A DNA stretch of 64,000 nt from an uncultured Acidimicrobiales bacterium (GCA_963717115.1 CAVQVO010000002.1:640497-704496), one strand, 5' to 3'. Counted from the first letter of the stretch, positions 1 through 10,074 are shown. Translations and numbers: made by a program. Notes: generated from the sequence alone by a model not told the origin.

Positions 1-361
1 AGGCCTCGAGGGCGGCCAGGGTCGACATGAAGTGGCCGAGGCCCGACGGTGCCTGTGCCGCGTTGGCGAGGCCGAGGGGCGCACCCATCTCCTGGCTCAC
101 GACGGTGGCGATGTCGCCCAGCCGGGCCTTGTAGACCTCGATGATCTTGTTCAGCAGTGCGATCCGTTCGTCCTTCGTCGTCTGCGAGAACGACGGGAAC
201 GCAGCCTTGGCCGCCGCGACCGCGACGTTGACGTCGTCGACGTTGCCGGCGGCGATGGTTTCGAGCACTTCCTCGGTGGCCGGGTTGATGACGTCGATCG
301 TGTCGGTCGAGCTGGGGTCGACCCAGGCGCCGTCGATGTAGAACTGGCGAGCGTGTTCCAT
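1..361 (-). CDS. aldehyde dehydrogenase family protein, N-terminal part (runs off the left edge)
   Basis: The minus-strand ATG at 361 is preceded by GGAG. My own translation begins MEHARQFYIDGAWVDPSSTDTIDVINPATEEVLETIAAGNVDDVNVAVAAAKAAF, a typical ALDH-superfamily N-terminus. It is absent from the ORF track because it is edge-truncated. Confidence 0.8.
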   Translation of the reverse strand, partial: MEHARQFYIDGAWVDPSSTDTIDVINPATEEVLETIAAGNVDDVNVAVAAAKAAFPSFSQTTKDERIALLNKIIEVYKARLGDIATVVSQEMGAPLGLANAAQAPSGLGHFMSTLAALEA

Positions 362-459
362 GCGTGGAGTCTCCGTGTGATGTGGACGCTGAGAGCCGCG
401 TCGTCCGCAGTCTTGCAGTGATGCCTGGGGGATGCCACCCGCGCCGGGTTATCGGCAGG

Positions 460-1377
460 TCAGTCCTCGAGAACGCTCTCGTAGTGCTTGGCCCCGGGTC
501 CCTGCGGTGCCCGAATGCCCCGGAACTCCCAGTCGCCGCCCATCGCCGTCGAGACGACCTCTTCCGAACTCGACGGCTGCGCCCCGACGTCGGAGCGGAT
601 CGGCGTGGGTCCGGTGACGACGTGATTGCGCAACACACCGAGCCCCTCGACGTCGACCTCGACCACGTCGCCGGGCTGGACGGGCCGACTGTTGGCCGGG
701 GTCCCCGAGAGCAGCAGATCCCCGGGTTCGAGGGTGATGCTGCGAGCGATGTCGGCGACGAGGTAGTGCATGTCCCACTCCATCTCGTCGGTGTTGCCGT
801 CCTGGACGACCGTGCCGTTGACGAGGGTTCGGATCTGCTTGCCGCGGAAGTCCCAGCCCGTCACCAGACCGGGTCCGACCGGACACAGGGTGTCGGAGCC
901 CTTGACCCGCAGCATCGACCCCGAGTCGGTGTCGCGGAAGTCGTGCAGGCCGTAGTCGTTGGCCACCGAATAGCCGGCGATGTAGTCGCCGACGTCGTCG
1001 GGTGCGACGTTGCGGCAGGTTCGCCCGATGACGATGGCGATCTCACCCTCGTAGTTCAGCCACTGCAAGCCTTCGGGCCGGACCACGGCGCCGCCGTGTG
1101 TGTTCAGCGCACTCACCGGTTTGTGGAAGTAGGTCGGCGCGGCGGGCAGCTTGGTCATGAACTCGTCGACCCGACTGCGGTAGTTCAGGTGCACGCAGAT
1201 GATCTTGGTGGGTGTGGTCGGCGCGAGGTGGACCGCCTCGTCGACCCCGACCGAACGACCGTCATCGGCGACCAGTTCGTCGCCTCGCCGTCGTGTCAGG
1301 GTCGGGAACCCGTCGAGCAGGATTCGCCGGTACTCGGTCGGCTGGGCCTCGGTCGGCTGGGTGTGCGTGGTCGTCAT
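460..1377 (-). CDS. fumarylacetoacetate hydrolase (FAH) family protein (HpcE/2-keto-4-pentenoate hydratase-like)
   Basis: This is a 305-aa ORF. It has the FAH-fold motifs KIICVHLNYRSR, EGEIAIVIG and GDLLLSGTPANS, and a GGGGAG RBS upstream. Confidence 0.9.
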   Translation of the reverse strand: MTTTHTQPTEAQPTEYRRILLDGFPTLTRRRGDELVADDGRSVGVDEAVHLAPTTPTKIICVHLNYRSRVDEFMTKLPAAPTYFHKPVSALNTHGGAVVRPEGLQWLNYEGEIAIVIGRTCRNVAPDDVGDYIAGYSVANDYGLHDFRDTDSGSMLRVKGSDTLCPVGPGLVTGWDFRGKQIRTLVNGTVVQDGNTDEMEWDMHYLVADIARSITLEPGDLLLSGTPANSRPVQPGDVVEVDVEGLGVLRNHVVTGPTPIRSDVGAQPSSSEEVVSTAMGGDWEFRGIRAPQGPGAKHYESVLED

Positions 1378-1425
1378 CGCTGGGCTCCCCCGGGGTCGGA
1401 CGTGACCGATTGCTCACATCACTGG

Positions 1426-1449
1426 CGAACGTTTGGATCCGAACGATAC
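1426..1449. promoter_or_regulatory. palindromic operator candidate, copy a (aaCGTTTGGATCCGAACGAT), in the FAH / decarboxylase-like divergent promoter
   Basis: An AT-rich inverted repeat sits in an 81-bp divergent intergenic region. The same motif recurs at 19031 and 28100. It directly abuts a TACTGT -10-like box that ends 6 nt before the ATG at 1459. Confidence 0.5.
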
Positions 1450-1458
1450 TGTCCGGGC

Positions 1459-2280
1459 ATGGCATCGGTCCACGGCTTCATGTTTCCACGCACCGCCACC
1501 GGCGACTCCTCGCTGGTCCCCGCACCGCCGTGGCACTACTCGGGAACGATGCTCACCATCGAGTATCGGACCGATCCGGCCGCCGTCGCCGAACTGCTGC
1601 CCGATCCGCTCGAGCCGGCCGACGACGACCCCGGCGCACTGGCGGTGATCTGGGCCGACTGGCAGAGCTGCAGCGACGGCGGCGAGGAACTGCTCGACCC
1701 CATCCGCAGCCAGTACATGGAGGTGTTCGTCGTCGCCCGCTGCCAGTACCGGGGCGAGCACTTCTCCCGCTGTCTCGCCATCTGGGTCGACCGCGACTAC
1801 GCCATGGTGCGTGGCCATCATCAGGGCTACCCGAAGAAGTTCGGGTCGTGTTTCCTCACCCGCCCGGTCACCGTCGGCAAGGCCGGACCCCGCCTCGCCC
1901 CCGGGGGTCGCTTCGGAGCCACCCTGGCCGCGAACGACCGCCGACTGATCGACGCGACGTTCACGATCACCGGCGAAGCCGACAACGCCGGATTCGTGAA
2001 CGCGCTTCCGATGATCCACAACCGGTGGATGCCGGCGATCGAATCCGACGGAACCGACAGCCTCGACGAACTGGTCACCATGAGCGGCTTCGACGCCGAG
2101 GTCGGCCGGACCTTCACCGGCGACGCCGAACTCCACTTCGGGTCCTCGCCGGTCGAGGAGCTGCAACGCATCGCCCCCCACGAGATCATCGCCGGCTACT
2201 GGCGCGAGGTCGGCGTGTCGTGGAAGCGGGGGACCACGCTCGAACGCATCCTCCCGCCCGCCGTCGCCCCGGGCGACTGA
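1459..2280 (+). CDS. acetoacetate decarboxylase (ADC) family protein
   Basis: This is the in-frame part of ORF 364..2280 starting at MASVHGFMFPRTATGDSSLVPAPPWHYSGTMLTIEYRTD. The PWHY...L.I.Y.TD start and length of about 273 aa fit the ADC-like beta-cone family. The region upstream of 1459 in this frame is arginine-rich junk. Confidence 0.8.
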   Translation: MASVHGFMFPRTATGDSSLVPAPPWHYSGTMLTIEYRTDPAAVAELLPDPLEPADDDPGALAVIWADWQSCSDGGEELLDPIRSQYMEVFVVARCQYRGEHFSRCLAIWVDRDYAMVRGHHQGYPKKFGSCFLTRPVTVGKAGPRLAPGGRFGATLAANDRRLIDATFTITGEADNAGFVNALPMIHNRWMPAIESDGTDSLDELVTMSGFDAEVGRTFTGDAELHFGSSPVEELQRIAPHEIIAGYWREVGVSWKRGTTLERILPPAVAPGD

Positions 2281-2286
2281 CCGGCG

Positions 2287-2808
2287 ATGCCGACCGGGTT
2301 CTCGTCGAGCGACAGCGACGACCTCATCGCCGCCGAGCGACAGGTCCGGGCCAGCATCGGCGACCTCGAGCTCGATGTCGACTCGCTGGCCGCGGTGTCG
2401 AACATCTTCCGGGTTGCCAACGTGGTGCGATACCACATGGAGCGTCACGTGCTCGCCGAGCGCGACCTGTCGTTCACCGCCTTCACCACGCTCTGGGTCG
2501 TGTGGGTCTGGGGGGAACGCGAGGCCCGCCACCTCGCCACCGAGGCCGGCATCTCGAAGGGCACGCTGACCGGCGTCGTCACGACTCTCGAACGACGGGG
2601 CCTGGTGGAACGACGAACCCACCCCGACGACAAGCGCCTCGTGCTGATCGATGCCACCGACCTCGGTCGGCGCACCATGGTGGACCTGTTTCCCGAGTTC
2701 AATCGAGAAGAAGCCCGGGTGACCGCCGACCTGTCGGCCGCACAGAAGCAGGCACTGGCCTCGAGCCTCCGGGTCATCCTGCGAACACTCGAAGGAGAGA
2801 CGGCATGA
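2287..2808 (+). CDS. MarR family transcriptional regulator
   Basis: This is a 173-aa ORF with a winged-helix segment LATEAGISKGTLTGVVTTLERRGLVERRTHPDDKRLVLIDATDLG. Its stop overlaps the next start (ATGA at 2805). Confidence 0.9.
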   Translation: MPTGFSSSDSDDLIAAERQVRASIGDLELDVDSLAAVSNIFRVANVVRYHMERHVLAERDLSFTAFTTLWVVWVWGEREARHLATEAGISKGTLTGVVTTLERRGLVERRTHPDDKRLVLIDATDLGRRTMVDLFPEFNREEARVTADLSAAQKQALASSLRVILRTLEGETA

Positions 2809-4283
2809 ACACGACTCCGGATCCCGCAGACGTCCGGGTCGAGATCGAGGGCATCTCGGTCTCGACGCTGCATCTCATCGGTGGTCGGCGGCTGGCGTCG
2901 TCGTCGACCTTCGAGACCCGATCACCGATGGCGTGGGACACGGTCCTGGCCGACATCGCAGCCGGCGACGCCCACACCGCCGACCTCGCCGTCGGGGCCG
3001 CCGTCGAGGGCTTCGCCGTCTGGTCCGAGACGAGCGCGGCCGACCGCGCCGCGGTCCTCCACCGGCTCGCCGATCTGATCGACGCCAACAACGACGCCAT
3101 CGCCATGGTCGAGACCATCGACATGGGTTTCAAGCATTCGTCGATGCAGCAGCGGCTCGTTGCCCGGGGCGCGGTCAACTTCCGGACCTACGCCGAGCTG
3201 ATCGAGAGCAACGACGACGAACGCTGGTCGGCCAAGGGCACCGAGCACGTCGTGCGTCGACGGCCGGCCGGACCCGCCGTCGTGATCACCCCGTGGAACG
3301 CCCCCTTCATGCTGTCGACGTGGAAGGTCGCTCCGGCGCTCGCCGCCGGCAACAGCGTGATCCTCAAACCGGCCGAGTGGTCGCCGCTCTCGGCGTCGCT
3401 GCTCGCCGACCTGAGTGTCGAGGCGGGCTTTCCGCCCGGCGTGTTCAACGTCGTCCAGGGAATCGGTGAGACCGTCGGCCCACCCCTCGTGTCCGATCCA
3501 CGAGTTCGTCGGCTCAGCTTCACCGGTTCACCGGCCACGGCTCGATCGATCGGGCACGCGGCAGCCGAGAACATCGTCCCGTTCACCGCCGAACTCGGCG
3601 GCAAGGGGCCGCTCATCGTGTTCGCCGACGCCGATCTCGAACTCGCCGCCCGGAAGGCCGCCGAGCAGTACGAGGACTCGGGCCAGGTGTGCCTCGCCGG
3701 CACGAGGTTGTTGGTCGAGGCCTCGATCCGAGACGACTTCCTCGAGGTCTTCCGCCGCCTCACCGAGGCCCACGTCCTGGGCGACCCCCGCCATCCCGAC
3801 ACCACCGTGGCGCCTGTGGTCCATCCCGATCACCTGGCATCGATCGCCGCGTTCGTCGACCGGTCGCGGGCCGCCGGCGACAGGATCGTCTGGGGTGGTG
3901 AGCGGGTCGAGGGCTCCCAGCACTACGCCCTCACGCTGATCGAACCGGCGTCGAACGACGCCGAGATCGTGCAGCGCGAGGTCTTCGGACCGGTGCTCAC
4001 CATCCAGACCTTCGAGGGCGACGACGAGGCCGTTGCCCTCGCCAACTCGACCGACTACGGCCTGTCGGCCCTGATCTTCACCACGTCGCGACGACGGGCC
4101 GAGCAGGTCGGCAGCCGGATCCGTTGCGGCATCGTCTGGGTCAACACCTTCCTGATCCGTGACCTGACCGCCCCGTTCGGGGGTGTCGGCATCTCGGGCA
4201 TCGGTCGCGAGGGCGGCCAGTACGCGCTCGAGTTCCACGCCGACCTGCAGACCATGGTGATCCTCGACGACACGACGAGCTGA
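2805..4283 (+). CDS. NAD(P)-dependent aldehyde dehydrogenase (hydroxymuconic-semialdehyde-DH-like)
   Basis: This is the in-frame part of ORF 1212..4283 starting at MNTTPDPADV. ALDH motifs are present: ITPWNAPF, ELGGKGP, and the catalytic Cys context EDSGQVCLAGTR. Confidence 0.92.
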   Translation: MNTTPDPADVRVEIEGISVSTLHLIGGRRLASSSTFETRSPMAWDTVLADIAAGDAHTADLAVGAAVEGFAVWSETSAADRAAVLHRLADLIDANNDAIAMVETIDMGFKHSSMQQRLVARGAVNFRTYAELIESNDDERWSAKGTEHVVRRRPAGPAVVITPWNAPFMLSTWKVAPALAAGNSVILKPAEWSPLSASLLADLSVEAGFPPGVFNVVQGIGETVGPPLVSDPRVRRLSFTGSPATARSIGHAAAENIVPFTAELGGKGPLIVFADADLELAARKAAEQYEDSGQVCLAGTRLLVEASIRDDFLEVFRRLTEAHVLGDPRHPDTTVAPVVHPDHLASIAAFVDRSRAAGDRIVWGGERVEGSQHYALTLIEPASNDAEIVQREVFGPVLTIQTFEGDDEAVALANSTDYGLSALIFTTSRRRAEQVGSRIRCGIVWVNTFLIRDLTAPFGGVGISGIGREGGQYALEFHADLQTMVILDDTTS

Positions 4284-4328
4284 CCGCCCCACGGTGTGAC
4301 CTCGGTCTTCGGCCCTGCGCCCGGCCAC

Positions 4329-4470
4329 CCCGCCCGGAACTGGTGACCGACGATGCCGTTTCCGGTCGTCGCCGTCACCACTTCGCTCGACGGCCGCAGC
4401 TCCGCCCGGAATTGGTGACCGACGGTGCCGTTTCGGGTCGCCGGCAACACCAATTCCTCGGAGGGCCCGG
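4329..4470. repeat. tandem duplication (about 72-nt unit, 2 copies) of a stem-loop element between convergent genes; probable bidirectional terminator
   Basis: CCGCCCGGAAyTGGTGACCGACGrTGCCGTTTCsGGTCG occurs at 4329 and 4402. Copy 2 has a perfect 10-bp stem, GGAATTGGTG (4408-4417) with CACCAATTCC (4449-4458). Copy 1 matches at 8 of 10. Confidence 0.6.
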
Positions 4471-4476
4471 GCGGCG

Positions 4477-5013
4477 TCAGGCGATGCCCAGCCGTCGGGC
4501 GGCGCGTTCCGCCGCCGCCGGACCGGCGAGCTGACGGAGCAGGAGCAGACCGTCGATGATCGCGACGGTGGTCGCGGCCTCGGTGCGTTGCTCGGTCGGG
4601 GTGCCGTCGAAGAAGCCGCACAGCCAGTCGATCCAGGCATCGACCAGCTGGGGAACCAACGTGGTGTAGGGCTCACGGCCCGCCGCCGCCAGACCGTTGG
4701 CCTCGAAGAAGAGTGCGAAGACCGGATCGGCCTCGGGTCGGGCCAGCACCGGCCATGCGGCCGAGGCCAGCTCCAGATGGTCGCGGACCGGGCCCGTGAA
4801 GGCTGCGGCGAGCATCTCCTGCAACCGGGTACCCATCGTCACGACGACGTGGCCGATCAGGTCGTCCTTGGTGGGGAAGTAGTAGACGACGATCCGATCA
4901 CTGATGCCGAGTCGCTTGGCCAGCCGGCCGAAGGTGAGTTGGCTGAGGCCATCGTCGAAGGCGGCGTCGACGGCACCCTCGAGGATCTGCTCCCTGGTGT
5001 GTTTGTGACCCAT
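4477..5013 (-). CDS. TetR/AcrR family transcriptional regulator
   Basis: The HTH segment is TREQILEGAVDAAFDDGLSQLTFGRLAKRLGISDRIVVYYFPTKDDL. I chose the start at MGHKHT (ATG 5013) because GGAGG lies just upstream. The longer track ORF to 5127 adds a junk leader. Confidence 0.88.
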   Translation of the reverse strand: MGHKHTREQILEGAVDAAFDDGLSQLTFGRLAKRLGISDRIVVYYFPTKDDLIGHVVVTMGTRLQEMLAAAFTGPVRDHLELASAAWPVLARPEADPVFALFFEANGLAAAGREPYTTLVPQLVDAWIDWLCGFFDGTPTEQRTEAATTVAIIDGLLLLRQLAGPAAAERAARRLGIA

Positions 5014-5133
5014 GCGACCTCCGACTGTAGTGGCGGGGGTCGGCCTCGATCCCCGGCCCCCGGCGCGTCGCCCAGCAGATCTTGGGGGAAAGCCACCAGG
5101 GACGGGGTGCACGGCGACTGTCATCATGGACTC

Positions 5134-6864
5134 ATGACCAAGACCCCCGATCTGCGCATCGACGAGCTCGAGGCGGAGGTTCGACGTCTCGCCACCGACG
5201 TCGATCGGTTGCGGGCCCGCCTCGATGCGACGGAAGGCGACCAGCGGCGCGTGCCACCGCCCCCGCCGCCGTGGGTCGGGCCGTCAACCCTCCCGACTCC
5301 ACCGCCGCCCAGCGGGCAGCCGGCCGGAGCGCAGCAGACGCGACCGCACCGACCGCTGGTCCTCGAGAGCGAGATCGTGCTCAAGTGGGCGGGCGTGGCC
5401 CTCGTCGTGCTCGCCGTGGGCTTCGCGCTCAGCACGGCGATCCGCCGGGGCTGGATCGGCCCCGAACTGCAGCTGGCGGGCGCCATCCTGGTGTCGCTCG
5501 CCATGATCGGCACCGGCTTCCGGCTCTCGTCGACCCGGCCCCTCTGGACCCACGCGCTCTGCTCGGGCGGCGTCGCGGCCTTGTTCACCACGGTGGCTTC
5601 CGACCTGTTCCTCGACCAGACCGGCGACACGACCGCGTTCGTCGGCACGGCGGTCATCGGCCTCGGCGGCTACGTCGTCGCTCGGCTCGCCCGCTCGGAA
5701 TGGGTGGCGGCGGTCAACCTGCTCGGGGCGGTGATCGGCTGGCTCGTCATCGCCGACGGCGAGCTCCCGTTCGTCGCCACCCTGGCGTGGATGGTGGCGT
5801 TGGTCGCCATCGGGCTGGGGTTGTCGCTCGAGCGGGGCTGGTTCGCCCTTCGACTCGTGGCGCACGGCATCGGGCTCGTCGCGGTCGCCATCCTGGCCGA
5901 GGACGCCGCGTCGGTCCTCGAGCAGGTGCTGGTCCTCGGTGCCGCAGCTGCGCTGCTCAGCGGATCACTCGTGCGGCTGCCCAGCATCGGCGATCTGACG
6001 ACGGCGTGGCAGCAGCTCGACGTCCAGCTCGCAGCGGCCGCTGCGCCGTGGGCGTTCGGCGTGATCGTCGTCGCCCTCGACCTCGACGGCGACCGGTTGA
6101 TCGGCGCCGTCGGGATCGCCGTGGCGATCTGGTTCGCGCTGGTCGCCGTCGGCATCCGGGCATGGATCCGACCGGCGCATGTGGTGTCGATCCTGCTCGG
6201 GGCCAGCGTCGGGCTGTCGATCGGTCTGGCCTTCATGCTGTCGACCTCGGCCGCCTACGTGGCCCTCGCCGTCCAGGGCGCAGGACTCGTGATCCTGGCT
6301 CGGGTCCTGGGCGACAACGTTCGGGTCTTCATCAACGCCGCCATCGTCTCGGCGATCGCCGCGCTCTACACCTCGAGCCACATGGTCCAGGCCTGGACGT
6401 TCGACGATTCGATCGGCGACGACATCGCCCACCTGGCGATCATCGCAGCCCTGGCCGTCGCCGGGTGGCAGAGCCGTCACCGTGTGGTCCAGCAGGCCAC
6501 CGCAGCGGCGACCCTGGGTCTGGTGCTGGTCTGGCTCGGGTCGGTCCTGGTGCATCTGCCACAGGGCCAGGGCATCGTCTCGATGAGCTGGGCCGTCATC
6601 GGAGTGATCGTGTTGGTCGCCGGTGCGATTCGCAGGATCCCCGAGATCGCGGCGGCCGGTCTGGCGGTACTGGGCCTCACGGTCGCCAAGCTCCTCACCG
6701 TCGATCTCCAGGAGGTCGACGCCCTGTGGCGGGCCGGGCTCTTCTTCGTCGTCGGGATGGGCATCATGCGGCTGGGCTTCCTCCTGCCCCGGCTCGCCGG
6801 CACGCCCCGGGCCGCAGTCGATGCCCCGGACCTCGAGACCGATGGCGGCGATCAGGCCGTGTGA
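5134..6864 (+). CDS. large polytopic membrane protein (DUF2339-like) with N-terminal coiled-coil and proline-rich linker
   Basis: This is the in-frame part of ORF 4588..6864 starting at MTKTPDLRIDELEAEVRRLATDVDRLRARL. A PPPPPP linker follows, then more than 12 hydrophobic spans. The family assignment is tentative. Confidence 0.7.
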   Translation: MTKTPDLRIDELEAEVRRLATDVDRLRARLDATEGDQRRVPPPPPPWVGPSTLPTPPPPSGQPAGAQQTRPHRPLVLESEIVLKWAGVALVVLAVGFALSTAIRRGWIGPELQLAGAILVSLAMIGTGFRLSSTRPLWTHALCSGGVAALFTTVASDLFLDQTGDTTAFVGTAVIGLGGYVVARLARSEWVAAVNLLGAVIGWLVIADGELPFVATLAWMVALVAIGLGLSLERGWFALRLVAHGIGLVAVAILAEDAASVLEQVLVLGAAAALLSGSLVRLPSIGDLTTAWQQLDVQLAAAAAPWAFGVIVVALDLDGDRLIGAVGIAVAIWFALVAVGIRAWIRPAHVVSILLGASVGLSIGLAFMLSTSAAYVALAVQGAGLVILARVLGDNVRVFINAAIVSAIAALYTSSHMVQAWTFDDSIGDDIAHLAIIAALAVAGWQSRHRVVQQATAAATLGLVLVWLGSVLVHLPQGQGIVSMSWAVIGVIVLVAGAIRRIPEIAAAGLAVLGLTVAKLLTVDLQEVDALWRAGLFFVVGMGIMRLGFLLPRLAGTPRAAVDAPDLETDGGDQAV

Positions 6865-7850
6865 CAGACCGGTGTCCAGTCGAGCACGGCGACGGGATCC
6901 GAATCCGGACGGTGGGCATCGACCCGGACCCGTACCGCTCGGCACCAGCCGCTGCCGACCCGCTGCTCGGCGACGAGGGTGTGCCGGAACGAGAGGGTGT
7001 CGCCTTCGAAGACCGGGGCGAGATGATTGCACGACTGCCAGCCGACGATGGTGGCCAGTCCCCCGAGCACCCGATTCAGCGAGGCCGCCGCCAGCGCGAT
7101 CGCGTGCCCGCCGTAGACCAGCGGGCGATCGTAGGGTGACCGGTCGGCATCGCGGTGGGCGGCGGCGACGTTGTGCGTGATCCGCACCAGGGCGGTGGCC
7201 TGGTCGACCACGTCGCGCAGATCGTCGGCCCGGGTGTCGTCGATCGACCACGAGTCGTGTGGGCCGAGCAGCTCGACGTTCCAGGACGGGTCGATGCCGA
7301 CGACGAACCGTTCGAGATCCAGCTCGGTGTCGGCGGCGCCCAGATCGTCGTGGTGGCCCGGCAGGGTGTCGCTGCGGCACGGCAGCAGCGGGCATCGCTC
7401 GTAGTCGACGAGGACCTCACCCGACGCAGTGGCCACGGTCTGCATGCCGAGCAACACCTTGCCCCGGGGGGCGACACCGGGTTTGGCCGACGCGTCGGCC
7501 ATACCGATCACCCGCGTCGTCGTCTGCAGCGTCTCCCCGACGAACACGGGTCGCCGCACCACGACGTTGCGATAGAAGAGGTTGGCGATGACCCGTTTGG
7601 TGGCCACGGTGCTGGCCCCGACCGCCAGATGCATGACCAGGGTCGAGTTGGCGAGCGGAATGCTCCGCCCGGTCACCGCCCGACACAGCTCGTGATCGAG
7701 CGCCAACCGCTGTCCGTCTCCGGAGATGGCCAGGTAGGTGGCCCCCAGACCCGGATCGATCGTGACCCCCGACGGCACGTCGAACACGTGACCGGGTGTC
7801 AGGTCGTCGTAGAAGGGCCCGTCGGTCGGTCGCTCAGCGTTCGTCGTCAT
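6852..7850 (-). CDS. MaoC-like (R)-hydratase/dehydratase, double hot-dog fold
   Basis: This is the in-frame part of ORF 6852..8183 starting at MTTNAERPTDGPFYDDLTPGHVF. Two hot-dog halves are visible, and YGGHAIALAAA is typical of itaconyl/mesaconyl-CoA-hydratase-like proteins. The start overlaps the GntR stop by 17 nt. Confidence 0.8.
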   Translation of the reverse strand: MTTNAERPTDGPFYDDLTPGHVFDVPSGVTIDPGLGATYLAISGDGQRLALDHELCRAVTGRSIPLANSTLVMHLAVGASTVATKRVIANLFYRNVVVRRPVFVGETLQTTTRVIGMADASAKPGVAPRGKVLLGMQTVATASGEVLVDYERCPLLPCRSDTLPGHHDDLGAADTELDLERFVVGIDPSWNVELLGPHDSWSIDDTRADDLRDVVDQATALVRITHNVAAAHRDADRSPYDRPLVYGGHAIALAAASLNRVLGGLATIVGWQSCNHLAPVFEGDTLSFRHTLVAEQRVGSGWCRAVRVRVDAHRPDSDPVAVLDWTPVCHTA

Positions 7851-8532
7851 CCCAGAATCCCTGTTCCCGCAGCGCGTCGGCGGCTGCGACGCCGCTCTCG
7901 TGGAGGTGGTGTTCCATGGCCAGCCGCGCCGCCTCGCCGTCGCCGTTCCGCAGGGCGCCGAGGATCGCCGCGTGGTGTTCGACGGCGCGGGCGTTCCATC
8001 CGTCGGCGAACTCGTAGTAGTTGGCCGGCACCGATCGCTCGAGGTGACGGAGCAGCCAACGGGTCCGGCGGGGGGCGGCCGAGTTGATGAGGCGGTGGAA
8101 CTCGTGGTTGAGCGCCGAGAGGTCCTCGGTCGACGTCGCGGTGAACCGGGCGTGGACCCGCTCGAGCGCGTCGAGCTCGACATCGCTCATCGTCGAGGCC
8201 GCAAGGGCCGCCGCCCGACCCGACACGACGCCGAAGAGCTCGTAGTGGTCGACGATGTCGGACGGCGTGAGCCGGGCAACGAACGCACCACGGCGAGGGG
8301 TGACATCGAGGAGTCCCTCCTGGCCCAGCACGACCAGCGCCTCCCGAATGGGGCTCCGACTCACGTCGAGGGCCTGCGAAACGGCATCCTGGTCGATCTT
8401 CGCACCGGGCTTGAGTGCGCCGGTGAGGATCAGGTCGCGGATGTACGCGGCGATCTCGTCGGCCAGGCTCCCCCGTCGCCGGATCTCGGGCTCGACGCTG
8501 CGGTAGGGGCTCGCGGGGTCGTCGCTCGTCAC
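7834..8532 (-). CDS. GntR family regulator (FadR-type, FCD C-terminal domain)
   Basis: The winged HTH is LADEIAAYIRDLILTGALKPGAKIDQDAVSQALDVSRSPIREALVVLGQEGLLD, followed by a helical FCD-like domain. The GTG start at 8532 is inferred, because the longer ORF leader is junk. Confidence 0.82.
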   Translation of the reverse strand: MTSDDPASPYRSVEPEIRRRGSLADEIAAYIRDLILTGALKPGAKIDQDAVSQALDVSRSPIREALVVLGQEGLLDVTPRRGAFVARLTPSDIVDHYELFGVVSGRAAALAASTMSDVELDALERVHARFTATSTEDLSALNHEFHRLINSAAPRRTRWLLRHLERSVPANYYEFADGWNARAVEHHAAILGALRNGDGEAARLAMEHHLHESGVAAADALREQGFWDDDER

Positions 8533-8617
8533 GCGATCACCACCGGACCGACCGCGCTCGGACGGGCAGGACGACGCGATCGTCGACCGGGTCGTGCGTT
8601 GTCGGACGCGGCGGCCG

Positions 8618-8836
8618 TCACGACGAGCCGTCCTCCCCCGGTTCGACGATGCCGATCGCACCGCTGGGGCATCGCTCGACGACGAGCTGGGCTTCGTCCC
8701 GCCCGAGCGTCGCCCCCTCGACCACGGTCGAGATGGCGTCGTCGTCGATGAAGAACACGTCGGGCTGGAGCGCCTCGCACTGGCCGATCCCGACGCACAC
8801 GTCGCGGTCGACGGTCACCGTCACTCGGTCGCTCAT
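8618..8836 (-). CDS. small 3Fe-4S/4Fe-4S ferredoxin (P450 redox partner type)
   Basis: This is a 72-aa ORF with the cluster motif CVGIGQCEALQPDVF...RCPSGAI. Its ATG overlaps the P450 stop (ATGA at 8833-8836). Confidence 0.85.
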   Translation of the reverse strand: MSDRVTVTVDRDVCVGIGQCEALQPDVFFIDDDAISTVVEGATLGRDEAQLVVERCPSGAIGIVEPGEDGSS

Positions 8837-10074
8837 GCGGACACCCCCATCCCGACCGAGAGCACTCCGTGGACGAAGTTCGACGGCGCCCGGACCGGTT
8901 CGCCGTCGGGCACCAGGGTCACGCCGGCGGCGAGGAGTTCTTCGAGCAACACCCGGATCTCCATGCGAGCCAGGAAGGCTCCCAGGCAGAAGTGGGAGCC
9001 GCCGCCGCCGAAGGCGACGTGCGGGTTCGGGTCCCGGCCGATGTCGAAGCGGAACGGGTCGTCGAACACGTCGGGATCACGATTGGCCGAGGCGTACCAC
9101 ATGACGACCTTGTCGCCGGCGGCGATCGGGGTCCCGGCGAGTTCGGTGTCGACCGAGGCGGTGCGGCGCATGTGCAGGACCGGGGTGGCCCACCGCAGGA
9201 CCTCCTCGACCGCACGATCCATCAGCTCGGGGTGTTCCCGGAGTCGTCGCAGCTGATCGGGGAACTCGGCGAACGCCATGGCCCCGTGGGTGATCGCCGT
9301 CCGGGTCGTCTCGTTCCCGGCGAACACCAGCACGTGGAAGAGGTTCCGATATTCGGAGTGGCTCAGACGGTCGCCCTCGTGCTCGGCCAGCACCAGCAAC
9401 GTGACGATGTCGTCGCGCGGTTCGAGCCGTCGTTGGATGCCGAGTTGCTCGCCGTATTCGTAGAGGGCGTGGCTCGCCGGGCTTCCGAAGGGCAGCAACC
9501 GGAGTTCGGTCGTGTTCCCGAAGGCGTCGGGCGGGAGTGACGGCCGATCACCGGTCCCCTCGACGAGATAGTTCGACAGCTCCACGAGGTAGTCGGCGTC
9601 CTCGACCGGGACCCCCAGGATCGTGAGGATGACCCGGATCGGCAGCGGCGCCGCCACTCGGTCGACCCAGTCGCCGCCCTCGGCGGCCACGAACTCCTCG
9701 ATCAGCTCCCGGGCGATCGCCCGGGTGGTGTCCTCCCACACGACGATGTTGCGAGGCGTGAAGGCCTTGGAGACGAGCCGACGAAGTCGCGTGTGGTCGG
9801 GGGCATCGGTGTCGATGATGGATCGGCGGGCCTCGAGGGCGTCGGCCTCGAGGTCCCACAGATTGGTGTGGCCGATGCCCGACGAGAAGGTTCCCGCGTC
9901 GGCCGACACCGCCTTGATGTCGGCGTGGCGGGTCACGGCCCAGAAGCCGCCACCCTCGTAGGGATGCCAGACCAGACCGGGACGGGCCCGCATCTCGGCC
10001 ATGGCGTCGTAGGGGATGCCTCGCTCGTAGATCGAGGGGGTCGTCAGATCGACGGCGTCGGTCGTGTCGGTCAT
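8833..10074 (-). CDS. cytochrome P450 (CYP124/125/142-like clan), P450-1
   Basis: The heme loop is FGGGGSHFCLGAFLAR, the I-helix is VFAGNETT and the ExxR is EEVLRW. The start MTDTTDAVD lies at 10074, 1 nt after the upstream gene's stop. Confidence 0.95.
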   Translation of the reverse strand: MTDTTDAVDLTTPSIYERGIPYDAMAEMRARPGLVWHPYEGGGFWAVTRHADIKAVSADAGTFSSGIGHTNLWDLEADALEARRSIIDTDAPDHTRLRRLVSKAFTPRNIVVWEDTTRAIARELIEEFVAAEGGDWVDRVAAPLPIRVILTILGVPVEDADYLVELSNYLVEGTGDRPSLPPDAFGNTTELRLLPFGSPASHALYEYGEQLGIQRRLEPRDDIVTLLVLAEHEGDRLSHSEYRNLFHVLVFAGNETTRTAITHGAMAFAEFPDQLRRLREHPELMDRAVEEVLRWATPVLHMRRTASVDTELAGTPIAAGDKVVMWYASANRDPDVFDDPFRFDIGRDPNPHVAFGGGGSHFCLGAFLARMEIRVLLEELLAAGVTLVPDGEPVRAPSNFVHGVLSVGMGVSA